From: Squalus acanthias
Taxonomy: Eukaryota
Direction: 5' to 3'
Length of the DNA: 64,000 nt
Assembly: GCA_030390025.1 (NCBI GenBank)
Contig: CM059432.1
Span: 27,530,001 to 27,594,000, forward strand
Positions 50,135-62,700 of the stretch are shown here, in pieces. A model generated the notes under the pieces. It was not told where the DNA came from, made no database searches, and saw only the letters and a list, made by a program, of their open reading frames with translations. Position numbers and translations under genes: made by a program. Each line of letters starts with the position of its first letter. The stretch's first letter is position 1.

Positions 50135-51081
50135 AATTCGTTCCTGGGATGTGGGTGTCGCTGGCAAGGCCAGCTTTTATTGCCCATCCCTAGTTGCCCT
50201 TGAGGAGGTGGTGGTGAGCCGCCTTCTTGAATCGCTGCAGTCCGTGTGGTGAAGGTAATCCCACAGTGCTGTTAGGGAGGGAGTTCCAGGATTTTGACCC
50301 AGCAATGATGAAGGAATGGCGATATATTTCCAAGTCAGGATGGTGTGTGACTTGGAGGGGAACTTGGAGGTGGTGGTGTTCCCATGCACCTGCTGCCCTT
50401 GTCCTTCTAGGTGGAAGAGGTCGCGGGTTTGGGAGGTTCTGCCGAAGAAGCCTTGGCAAGTTGCTGCAGTGCATCTTGTAAATGGTACACACTGCAGCCA
50501 CGGTACGCCGGTGGTGGAGGGAGTGAATGTTTAAGGTGGTAGATGGGGTGCCAATCAAGCAGGCTGCTTTGTCTTCGATGGTGTCGAACTTCTTGAGTGT
50601 TGTTGGAGCTGCACTTATCCAGGCAAGTGAAGAGTATTCCATCACACTCCTGACTTGTGCCTTGCTTTGGGGAGTCAGGAGGTGAGACATTTGTCGCAGA
50701 ATACCCAGCCTCTGACCTGCTCTTGTTGCCACAGTATTTATGTGGCTGGTCCAGTTAAGTTTCTGGTCAATGGTGACCCCAGGATGTTGATGGTGGGGGA
50801 TTCAGCGATGGTAATGCTGTTGAATGGTAAGGGGCAGTGGTTAGACACTTGCTTGTTGGAGATAATCATTGCCTGGCACTTGTGTGGCGTGAATGTTACC
50901 TGCCACTTATCAGCCCAAGCCTGAATGTCTTCCAGGTCTTGTTGCATGCGGGCATGGACTGCTTCAGTATCTGAGGAGTTGCGAATGGCACTGAACACTG
51001 TGCCGTCATCAGCGAACATCCCCACTTCTGACCTTATGCTGAAGGGAAGGTCATTGATGAAGCAGCTGAAGATGGTTGGGC
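50135..51081 (-). mobile_element. CR1-group LINE 3' fragment nested in an L2 remnant (about 49738-51560)
   Basis: PTIFSCFINDLP..MFADD..WADKWQVTF; L2 sequence continues on both sides. Confidence 0.85.
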
Positions 51082-54000
51082 ATTGAGAGTCTGGAAGCCA
51101 ATGAAAGTCAGCGAGGACAGGGGCAATGGATGAGGAGGACTTGTGCACGATAGGATACAGGCAGCAAAGTTTTGGATGAGCTGTAGTTTTCAGAGGGTGG
51201 AGGATGGGAGGTCAGCCTAGCAGAGCTTTGGAATAGTCGGGTCTGGAGGTGAAAAAGATCATAGTTGAAGATTTCAGCAGCGAATGGGCTGAATTAGGGT
51301 GGAGGTGGGCAATGTTACGGAGATAGAACTAAGTGCTCTTTTCGATGGAGAGGATAGGGGGTCGGAAGCTGATGGGTTCAGTCTTCCCAATGTTTATTTG
51401 TGATTCATCCAAGACTGCATGTTTGACAAGCAGTCTGACAACACGGAGGTACTGAGAGTTAAAGAGAGACGGTGGAGACGTGCAGCTGAGTTCATCAGTG
51501 TACATGTGGAAGGTGACCAAGATAATGTCACCAAGGGGCAACCTGTAGATGAGGGAAACAAGTTTTAGGTGTAGGATGATGTCAGTGATAAGCTATACAA
51601 TGAAGTAGTCAGAGATGGCATCATTAGTGATCGTGATCTTGAGAGCAGAGTGTCCACAGGACATGGCAAGGTTGAGGGAGTTGCTGTGAATGTAGCAGAA
51701 TCAGCTGTGCGCCAGATAGACTCAAGAGGATGGGGCACTTGGGTTAATGCTCATAAGGAGGCAGTGACGGGTGCCTCATGAGGCCATTTGAAGAATGCCA
51801 ATAGAGACACACAGGGTAGCTGTAGGCTTATTCAAGGGGGAATCAAACATGGGACAATGGCGAGTAGGAAGGTAGAAAAGTAGTTGTGCTGAGGTAGGGA
51901 TTGAGGGAGCAAATAGGGGAGAAATGAAAGGGGGCATGACTGAGAGACATGAAGGGAGGGGGCAGGAGGGAAGGGTCTGAGAGGGGCTAAGAGAAATAAA
52001 AAGGAGATAGAAGTAATGGGATCTGGTCTGGCGCAGCAGCCAAAATGCTCACGTGAATGGACACAGAGGGAACTCAGGTTACCAAGGCATGGCTGAGATT
52101 AGGAGAGCTATGTCATGGTTATAAACAAATGATCTCCACCCCCCCCACACCGCACCCCCACCCCACCCACCCCACTTACTCCAGGTGCTTTGTATCAGAT
52201 GGATCAAAAATTGTTACACTCGGTACATTCTGTATCTTAATATTACACTAAATGTTACAATATCTAATTAACCAACTGTCTACAGCTGCCAAACTTCACC
52301 GCATGGACAACCTCAACAAACACTAAAGCACTCCTCAAAGCAATGATCACGATTCACATTTTTCCTTTTTCCCACTTTCCCCAATCATTCAGTCTCTCCC
52401 TCTGTCCCCAATCCTTCACTCAGTCTCTTCCTCTGTCTCAGATCCCCCAGTATGTCTCCACCTCCATCTCCGATCCCCCACCAAGTCTCTCCCTTGATCT
52501 CTAATACTCAGTCTCATGTAGCTCTCCCGACCTCCCTGTGTTTAGTTATTACCTTGTGTAGCTCTACACTTCAAAAAGTAATTAATTGGTTGTGAAATGC
52601 CTTGGGGTATCCCGAGGAACTGAAAGGTGCTTTATAAATGCAAGTTCTTTCTTTCTTTATCCTCCCCAACCTCTCTGCAGCATTTGACACAATTGATTAC
52701 ACCTTCCTCCTCCACTGCCTCCTCTTGATTGTCCAGCTCTGTGCTACCGCTCTTGCATGCTTCCATTCCTGTCTATTCAGACAAATCAACCCCATCTCCA
52801 GCAATGGTTTCTGCTCCCTTCTTCGCACCGTCACCTCTGAAGACTCCCTTTGCCCTCTCTTCTTCCTTATCTAAAAGCTGCTCTCGGTGGCATAATTTAC
52901 AGGCTTGGAGTCAGCTTTCATATCATACTGATGACACCACAACTCTATATGTCCAAAACCTCTGAACACTTCTCCAGGCATACATCTCCTCCAGCAACTC
53001 TCAGTCCTTGACTCTGGCCTCCTGTGCATTCCCCCTTCCTTTGCCCCATCTTTGATGGCAGAGCTTTCAGTCATCTTGTCTGTACTTTCTCTGGAACCCG
53101 TCTCCTCTCTCTCTGTCCTCCTATAAAACCTTCCCCAAATCCATATTTCCTACTTGGTAGTCACTGCTCCTAGTCTCTCTCCCATTGTGCAACATCTGTG
53201 CCTCTTATTATTTCTCTGTAAAGCGCCGGGGGACATAGAGTTGTTGTTGTACCAAAGTTCTTGCAGGATGATGCTGTAATTCTTCTTGTCAGACGGATTC
53301 GTTTTAATATCCTTTCGCCATCATTCAACCTACTGCATCTCACAGCCCAACTCAATGCTTAAAGGTAAGACTTCTGAACTGGAAGGCAGTGGGCTCGAGC
53401 CCCACCCCAGAACTTGGACATAATCTAAGTTGACACTTCAGTCCAGTACCGAGGCAGTGCTGCTTTGACAGAAGTATCGTTTGTCCGATGAAACACTAAA
53501 CCGAGGCCTCGTCTGACTTCAGGTGGGTGGAAAAGATCCCATGGCACCATTCAAACAAAAGCACTGAAAGGAGGGACCATGCAGAAGTCAGCTGGTCTTA
53601 CTTGGGGAGTGACAGCAAGGGCGGTACATTTGACCTGAGCACACCTGGGCTAGTGAGAGGAAAAGTCTGCCAGGTTACCTACTTCTGATCGCTAGCCAGC
53701 GATAGCTTGGTCTAACCTACTTGGTCATTTCCACGCTACGCAGTCCATTTAACAAGAGGGCCTTTGAGGGAGCTCTAATGACTTGCTTTTTTAATGCTGG
53801 ATTTACTGAAAGGAGCATGTGCCAAATTTTACCCAGAGACGTTAGTGCACTTTTAGAAATTAGATCCCTTTTGAGATGAGGCGTATGTTTCTGTACAGTG
53901 CTTCTGTTTTTGTTTATATTGGATTGCTGAATAAATGACTGAATAGGTCATGGTTGAATGTTTTGCCAACTGGCTATTTGTTTTTTTTATCTGAGGTTGA

Positions 54001-54324
54001 CAGAAATCCAGATCCAAGCACAATAGTTCTTTGTAAACTGATGTGTTTCTCAGAATTGAACTGTAAATTCTTTTTTTCCTCCACTTTTTCTTTTCAAGAT
54101 TAGACCCCAGTTTCCCTCAGTCAAAGACCAGTCCAAAGCTGTATTGATTCCACCCCTGACCAAAACATTGCTGGTCAAGCGGGACTGGGGAGTTTCATAT
54201 GCAATTGGGCAGAGGAAAAGTGATGCCAGGGAATGTTTCTCTCTCCCAAACAGTGAGGGATACAAAGTAGTATAAAGCCAGCGAATTGCTGCCTTGGGTG
54301 TGTTCCAGGGAAAAATAGGGCTAA

Positions 54325-54791
54325 AGAAAGAATTTGCACTAATAAAGCACTTTTCACAACCTCAGGATATCCCAAAGCGCTCCACAGCCAATGAAGTACT
54401 TTTGAAGTGTAGCCATTGTTGAAATGTCAGAAATGTGGCAGCCAATTTGCACACAGCAAGCTCCCACAAACAGCAATGTGATAATGACCAGATAATTTGT
54501 TTTTTACTGATGTTGGTTGAGGGATAAATATCAGTCAGGACACCAGGGAGAACTTCCCTGCTCTTCTTCAAAAGAGTGCCACGGGATCTTTTATGTCCAC
54601 CCAAGAAGACAGATGGTTCCTCAGTTCAATATCTCATCCAAAAGACAGCACACCTCTGACAGTGCAGCACTCCCTCAGCACTTCAACTGAAGTGTCAGTC
54701 TAGATTATGTACTCAAGTCTCTGGAGTGGGACTTGAACCACAACCATCTGACCCAGAGGCGAGAGTGCTACCACTGAGCCAAGGCCAACAC
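54325..54791 (-). mobile_element. Deu-domain tRNA SINE, near full length
   Basis: Same head, core and tail as 33125-33572. Confidence 0.8.
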
Positions 54792-55559
54792 ATTAGGATG
54801 CTTCCCTAATGGTTCATTGAGTTAATACACTCACACGGAAGGATGAAGAAAAGGGCAAAAAAATGGATTGAGAGAGCTGTATGGTACCAGATATATCCTG
54901 TTAAATGCAGTGGATGATTTTTTAAAATTGAGGACCCAAGAGGCTAAGGCCCATAATCCAGAACACTGCCAAGGCTGAAAACAGTAAAAGACTACGCAAA
55001 CTGGGAAATAGTGATTTGGTAATGTTAATCTTAGGTTTTAAAACCCTGAAGATTGTAAGAGTAAGGGAAATTTGAGGAAGGTATAGATTTGTACAAAGCA
55101 AGAAAGAAGAAAGAACTTGCATTTATGTACAATCTCAGGATGTCCCCAAGTACTTCACAGCCAATAAAGTACTTTGTAAGTGTAGTCACTGTTGTAATAT
55201 AGGGCAACACATCAGTTAATTTGTACAAAGCAAGGCCCCACAAACAGCAATGAGATAAATGATCAGTAAATGTTTTAGTAGTATTGGCTAGGGGATAAGT
55301 GTTGGCCAGGACACCAGGAGAACTTCCATGCTCTTCTTCAAATAGTTTGGTTTACGGTAAGGTTTGGATTAAGTTGTAAAAGGGCCACCACCATCTTCTG
55401 CAGCCTTGCCAGCGTTGTCCAAATTCTGAAAACAAATTAAAAAAAAAATCAAACTACATTTATAGAGTGGAAGATGTTTGTGAAATCTTGATGGTCAAAT
55501 GTGTTCTATCTAAGATGCCCTCCAACCATGGAAACACTGTCTCTGAAAATGTTCTGAAT

Positions 55560-55760
55560 CCTCACCAACTGCTGGCTTCTTTCCAGTTGGAAAAGAATGA
55601 AGGTGCTGCCCCTGGCACACATGGCATCTATGACATGTTTCATGCATCTGTAAACAGATGACTCGCTGATTTGGTTGATGTCCCTGCCTGGAAGAATCCT
55701 GTGGCATAAAAGGCTAAGGCCGTAGTGAGCTTTACAGGTTGCTGCATTCCTGGAGATGGT
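55560..55760 (-). pseudogene. Old Harbinger nuclease N-terminal fragment
   Basis: Minus strand reads VKLTTALAFYATGFFQ then (frameshift) NQISESSVYRCMKHVIDAM, which parallels KVTVALNFFASGSFQ..ILQFAVHRWIREVTEAL at 41384-41611. Confidence 0.6.
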
Positions 55761-56504
55761 CTGCCGATCGGCCTGGAGCTGAGGGCTTCACTCTGTCACT
55801 GCCACTCTGGTGAAGTGAAGGTGTGCGGGTGCATCCCAGGACTCAGCAGCCCTGAGATGAGGGCCATCTCAATTCCAAGAGGCTCACAGTTGTATAGAGC
55901 AGCCAGCCACACCTCAGACCCCAGGATCCTCAGATTGAACTTAGTGTTCAAATAGGAATGAGGAAAAAGCAAAATGTCACAAGGTGATTCTAAGGAACCA
56001 CAACCTTTTTTGATTACATAGAATTACATCGAATATGCAGCACAGAAACAGGCCATTCGGCCCAACCAGTCTATGCCGGCATTTATGCTCTACTCGATCA
56101 TCCACCCATCCTTCCTCATCTAACTCTATCAGCCTAACCCTCTATTCCTTTCTTCCTCCTATGCTTATCTAGCCTTCAGCTTAAATGCATCTAAACTATT
56201 CACCTCAACCACTCTCTGTGGTAGCGAGTTCCACATTCTCACCACTCCCTGGGTAAAGAAGTTTCTTCTGAATTCCCCATTTGATTTCTTGGTGACTGTC
56301 TTATATTGATGGCCTCTAGTTTTGCTCTTCCCCACAACTTGTATTTATACAGCATTTTTCATGACCTCAGGCTTTACAGCTAATGAATTACTTTTGTAGT
56401 GCAGTCACTGTTGTAATATAGTTGAAGAACCAACCAACACTTGTGTGACAGATAGCATATCTTTCCTGTTTCATATTTGAACAATTTGCGTTATATATTT
56501 TATA

Positions 56505-57576
56505 AAGATGAGAAGTCGCACAACACCAGGTTATAGTCCAACAGATTTATTTAAAATTACAAGCTTTCGGAGCTATCCTGCCCCTTCTTCAGGTAAAGTT
56601 ACACTGAGTGAATCTACAAAAGTTCACAGAATATAAACACAGATACTACAGAGATACAATCTTTCCTTACATCAAAGACACACCAAGAGCACAGCCAAGA
56701 CAATGAGATGTGTCCCAGGGGGTCCAACGTGTCAAATCCTGCTGTCTGTAGCAGATCTCTCTCCATATCCCTTCCTCTCTCTCCGTCCTTTTTGGGGTTT
56801 GTTTTTTGTGTTTGTTTTTTTGTGTTTGTTTTTTAAAAACTGGAAAGACAGACAACGATGTCAAGTCACGTTCTGTAGCGTGACATGAACCCGATATCCC
56901 TATTGAGGCCGTCCTCATGAGTGCGGAACTTGGCTATCAGTTTCTGCTCGATGATTTTGCATTGTCGTGTGTCTCGAAGGCCGTCTTGGAGAACGCTAAC
57001 CCGCAGATCTGAGGCTGAATGCCCTTGACTGCTGAAGTGTTCCCCGACTGGGAGGCAACTATCCTGCCTGGCGATTGTTGCGCGGTGTCCGTTCATACGT
57101 TGTCTCAGTGTCTGCATGGTCTCGCCGATGTACCATGCTCTGGGGCATCCTTTCCTGCAACGTATCAGGTAGACAACGTTGGCCGAGTCACATGAGTATG
57201 TTCCATGTACCTGGTGGGTAGTGTCCTCACGTGTGATGACGGTATCTGTGTTCATGATCTGGCATGTCTTGCAGAGGTTGCCGTGGCAGGGTTGTGTGGT
57301 GTCGTGGTCGCTGTTCTCCTGACAGCTGGGTAATTTGCTGCGGACTATGGTACTTTTGAGGTTAGGCGGCTGCTTGAAGGCGAGTAGTGGAGGCATGGGG
57401 ATGGCCTTAGCAAGGTGTTCGTCATCATCGATGACATGTTGAAGGCTGCGAAGAACATGGCGTAGTTTCTCCGCTCCGGGGAAGTACTGGATGACGTAGG
57501 GTACTCTGTTGGTTGTGTCCCGTGTTCGCCTTCTGAGGAGGTCTATGCGGTTTTTCGCTGTGCTCCGCATCATGAC
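56505..57576 (-). mobile_element. Penelope-like element (second family), 5'-truncated, with an open GIY-YIG C-terminus
   Basis: ORF 56866-57573 contains CHGNLCKTC..NVVYLIRCRKGCPRAWYIGET.QTLRQRMNGH..PVGEHF..EQKLI..GLN. Flanked by the 12-bp repeat ATATATTTTATA (56493-56504 and 57577-57588). Confidence 0.9.
56557..56596 (-). ncRNA. Minimal hammerhead ribozyme in the PLE 3' repeat
   Basis: Minus strand reads TTAC-CTGAAGA-A-GGGGC(AGGATA)GCTCC-GAAA-GCTT-GTAA; stem I TTAC/GTAA; palindrome AAGCTT. Confidence 0.7.
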
Positions 57577-58460
57577 ATATATTTTATAGGAATTGATAGT
57601 GTGCCAGTATTGTAGCTACTTTAAATGGGCTCTGCAATTGAATTCTGGGAGATTTTGGCTGTTATCTTTCTTTCTTTGTACTGGGAAGATGGAAAATCCA
57701 CATACCCTGGCTAGTATGTAAATTGTTGCAGGCAGTATCTATCAGGACAAATGGTTAGACTGTTTCCTCAGTGTGTGAGTTGTCTATGCAAGAATCAGAG
57801 ATTGTTGTTGTCAGAAATACTGTTAGGATATATAAGATTTTTCTGAAAACATGAAGTTGCAATGGAAGTGAAAAGGATTTGGAGATCCTTATGAGATTTC
57901 AGCTTTTAATGATGATTGAAGTATTAAGAAGGTTTATACATATAAATTACGTGGAGTATTATGGTTGTTACAGCTGTTGTACATAATAATCTGATCACAT
58001 GTTACTGAAAGCCTCTGATCAGTTTGGCTCACAGCTTTCTCCCATCAGCTGTCTGTGACCCGACTGTGTCCTCTTCATGTCTGACTTCCTCTGTATTAGG
58101 GGTTCAGATTTTGACTCAGTCTCCTCCTTTGAATCTCAATTTCCAGGCCTTTCTGAAGAGTGAAATAGAGAAGGTCACAGCAGGCCACCACAGTTCATGA
58201 TACAACATTAGGACCATACCGGAGGGAATCCCATATTTATTAGGCACCCGAATCTTCCCTCATGGTCTGTTTAATTTTAATTTGCGTGTGGTTGGGAGTC
58301 ATGTCATTGTATTCCTCCATTTCACTGGTGGTCCTTCTCTATAGCATTAGAAGCCGTGATAGTACTGAATATATACTGAGTAACATTTGCACCACATAAG
58401 TGCCAGGCAATGACGATATCCAACAAGCTAGTGTCTAACCACCTCCCTTTGACATTCAAT

Positions 58461-59191
58461 GGGCCAAAAATTCGGCCGTTCTCGGGTGAGTACTCAGTGC
58501 GTACTCACCCGTATTCGTTCCCGAAGTGCTGGTTTCCTGCATGCACTGCGCATGCGCGGGAAACCGGCTCTTCCGGTATGGCGAAGGGGGCGGTTCCTAG
58601 GTGAACCGCGTGCGCACTAGAGGCTGCGCGCACGCAGCACACTTAGGTTTTTTTTCAGGTTTCAACGCGAGGGTAAGTATGGAAGATTCTACGCAAGTAA
58701 AAAGGAGGCATAAGATCCCTTTTGAACAAGGTAAGTAGTTAATTAAGTATAATTTTAAATTTTTTTAAAAGGTAAGTTTATTTTTATAACTTTTAAAAAG
58801 TATTTTAATTTTTTCAAAAATTAAAATTTTTGTTTAAAGTGGTTAATTTATTTAACTATAGTTATTTTATAAATGTGATGTTTTTTAAAAATTTATTTGA
58901 GGATTAGCTGTTCTTTTGGGGCCGATTTCAATTCACAGATTTGACAGGTCTCCTGTCAAATCTATGAATGAAAGATGGTCTGCTGCCATTGGCTCTCCAT
59001 GGCCCACGTGATCCCAGGGGTCGCATCGCACTAACTGCGCCCCTGGAACACGCAAGCACTGCGCGCCGGCTCTTGGGAGAGGCCCAGGACCCGAAGTTCC
59101 TGTGGGCCCAAAACACAACGGCAGGCGCGGTGGGTGATATCGCGCGTGATCCTTACCCCCGCGGCAAGCCTCCGAATCGAATTTCTAGGCC
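58461..59191. mobile_element. PIF/Harbinger-type MITE (731 bp)
   Basis: TIRs GGGCCAAAAATTCG / GGCCTAGAAATTCG (rc); AAT duplicated at 58458-58460 and 59192-59194; splits the LINE precisely. Confidence 0.82.
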
Positions 59192-59399
59192 AATATCATT
59201 ACCGTCATCGAATCTCCCACCATCAACATTCTGGGGGTTACCATTGACCAGAAACTTAACTGGACCAACCACATAAATACTGTAGCTACAAGAGCAGGAC
59301 AGAAGCTGGATATTCTGTGGCGAGTGTCTCACTTCCTGACTCCCCAAATCCTTTCCACCATCTACAAGGCACAAGTAAGGAGTGTGATGGAATACTCTC

Positions 59400-59614
59400 T
59401 GTCATAAATCGCAAGTAACAACTCAGGAAGTACTACTGGGCGGCCAGCTGGGGCGCCGTCCAGGGAGTATAAATACTCCGGCATGGGCCCACCTTGGACA
59501 GAGACAATCTGGAAACAGGAAGCTAGTGACTGCTAACTAGACCTCCATGTTTTGTTACAAGTTGATTAAAGCCTTGCTTTATGTTCAAGTGCGTAGTGAG
59601 TCTTTATTACGTCA
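59400..59614 (+). repeat. 5' LTR (215 bp)
   Basis: Identical by eye to the 3' LTR; TATAAA at 59469-59474; ATTAAA at 59565-59570. Confidence 0.97.
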
Positions 59615-59714
59615 ATTTAATCAACTTGATATCGTCTCCACGCTTTGGGTGATTCGGAACAACCAGCTGCAACTCGAACCACAGAAGGGAACTTGGGCAA
59701 GAAACTGATCCATC

Positions 59715-62700
59715 ATGGAAAAACTCCTTAGACCCGCTCGTCTCGACCTGGACCCGAATGCACCTGCGGCAGCAAAGGTATGGAAGCATTGGTTTCGTAC
59801 CTTTAGCAACTTTCTTGAAGAATGTGGGGCGGATGTCCCTAATAAGTTACGAATGCTTATCAACTACGTGTCTCCTCATGTGTATGATTATATTGAGGAC
59901 TGTATAGACTATGACACTGCTATCGAAATCTTACAGCAGCTATATGTCAAGTCCCCAAATGAAATCTTTGCTCGACACCTACTGGCCACAACTCGGCAGC
60001 AGCCTGGGGAATCACTCGATGAATTTCTCCAGAAACTTCGCAGGCTCAGCAAGGATTGTAACCTTAAAGCAGTTTCAGCTGAACAGTATCAAGAGGAACT
60101 AATCCGCGATTCCTTTATCAATGGAATCGCGTCCCCTTTTATACGTCAGCGCCTGCTGGAAAATAAAACCCTCAATTTACGGGCTGCTTATGACCAGGCG
60201 TGTTCCTTGGACTTGGCCAAGAAAAATACAGACACTTATCTCCCACCACGTGCACGGGCGGCGGCTATCTCCTTTAATGAGTCTTTCGGTAGGTCTCGGG
60301 CAGATGCCCCCACTGATGTTGACCCTATTCTAACAGACGACGACCCTACCCTAGAGGCCTTCGCTGATGACGACCCCGTCCTAGCAGCATCCTGGCAATC
60401 AGGAAGAAAGTGTTTCTTTTGTGGAGGGGCGTGCCATCACAGAAAATTTTGCCCGGCTCGTAATGTGACCTGCAATCATTGCAGCAAGAAAGGACACTTT
60501 TCCAAGGTATGCCAGTCACGGGCCTCTGCTAACAAGAAAGGCCGCTCCTCTAAAGTATACCGGTCGAGAGCTCCTGTTAGCTTCACAGCTGCTATCTATG
60601 GAGCTGCTCCTCCCCCAAGAACTACTGTTAAGGCTACAGTTGCCGAAGGGAAAATTGCCCCTCCTCCCATCACGGCTGTTTTTCCCCAAAGTTTGTCCCA
60701 TGCAGCCACGAAGGTTTCAGTAAATGGGCACACTCTAAGCGCGCTAATCGACTCCTGCAGCTCTGACAGCTTCATTAGTAAGCAGGCTGTCAACAGGTTA
60801 AAACTGCACATTTATCCCTCGGACAGGGAGATTGCAATGGCTCTGACAACTCTGACCACCAATTCTTCTGGCTTCTGTCTGGTCAACCTCATCCTCAACG
60901 GCCGCACGTATCTCTCCACCCGGCTCGGAGTACTCGCAAACTTATGCAGCGATGTGCTTCTGGGACAGGACTTCCAGAAGCAGCACAAGAAGATCACTTT
61001 TGAGTTTGGAGGGTCAAGGCCGGAGCTTACCATTTCTAAGGTGCCATTTTGTGCACTCTCGGCGGCCTTACTCGGTGAACCCTCCCTGTTTGCCAATCTT
61101 CCCCCCCGCTGTAAACCCATAGCCACCAAATCGCGGCGCTTTAGCCAAGATGATCGAGCGTTTATTGAGGCGGAAATCTCTCGCCTTTTAGTCGACGGTA
61201 TTATCGAGCCATGTTCATCTCCCTGGCGGGCTCAGGTCGTCATCGTGAGGAATCCCTTAAAACAACATAAAAAACGTCTGTGTATCGATTATTCGCAGAC
61301 TATTAATCTATATACCGATCTGGATGCCTACCCGCTGCCACGCATAGATGACATGGTCAACAACCTTGCCAAATACAAGGTATTCTCGACCTTCGATTTA
61401 AAAAGCGCGTACCATCAGGTGCCACTGCAAGACTCCGACAAGAAGTATACAGCCTTTGAGGCCAATGGTCGGCTTTTCCAGTTTCGCCGCCTTCCATTCG
61501 GGGTCACCAATGGGGTGGCCGTCTTCCAACGGGCCATGGATGGCCTAGTCCGGCAAGAGAACTTGACGGATACCTTTCCGTATTTAGACAATATCACTAT
61601 TGCCGGCCATGATCAAAAGGAGCATGACGCCAATCTTCAGAGATTTTTTGACGTACTCCGCCGTCGCCACTTAACATTAAACGAATCCAAATCGGTGAAG
61701 TCGGTGCCATCGGTGAACATTCTTGGCTACTGGGTGGGCAACGGTGTTATTAAACCGGACCCAGAGCGACTTCGTCCACTTCAGGAGCTCCCTCCCCCGA
61801 CGAACCTTGGCTCTCTTCGTCGGGCACTTGGCATGTTTGCTTATTACGCAAAATGGATACCACACTTCTCCGATAAAATACAGCCCCTGCTCCATGCGAA
61901 GTCTTTTCCATTGGAAGCTACGGCTATTTCTGCCTTCAACCTCCTCAAACGACAGCTGGAGAAAGCCACGCTTCGCTCCATTGACGAAAATCTTCCTTTT
62001 GTGGTCGAATGCGATGCATCGGAGGTGGCGATCTCCACTACCTTGAATCAAGGTGGCCGACCCGTGGCATTCCTATCCAGAACCTTGCAGGGTAGCGAGC
62101 TCCATTACCCCCCCGTCGAGAAGGAGGCTACGGCCATCATCGAGGCTGTACGCCAATGGGGTCATTTTCTTGCTCGGCGTCATTTTACGCTTATAACTGA
62201 CCAGCGCTCTGCGGCCTTCATGTTGGATAACCGGAGGCGCACGAAAATCAAAAATAATAAAATTCAACTCTGGAGGATGGAGCTGGCTGCCTTTGGATAT
62301 ACTATCTGTTACCGACCCGGCAAACAGAACGTGGCCCCAGATACCTTCACACGGGCATTTTGCTCCTCAATGTCAACGTCGACTCTGGCGGATTTGCATA
62401 TGGACTTATGCCATCCTGGTGTGACCCGCATGTTGCACTTTGTGCGCTCCAAAAATCTACCATTTTCAACCGAGGACGTAAAGAAAACATGCTCCTCCTG
62501 TAGGATTTGTGCAGAATTGAAACCACAATTCTTTCGCCCATCAGATGGCTTACTCATACATGCAATGCAGCCTATGCAGAGGCTCAGCATAGACTTTAAA
62601 GGGTCATTGCCTTCGTCGACAAGGAACACCTACCTACTTACGATGGTGGTCGAGTATTCACGCTTTCCCTTCGCCTTCCCCTGCCCTAATATGCTTACCT

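Noticed and set aside
53266..53364. AG/GT-bounded exon-like segment on the + strand
   Set aside because: All three frames contain stops, and it is flanked by L2 and SINE debris; no support as a coding exon.
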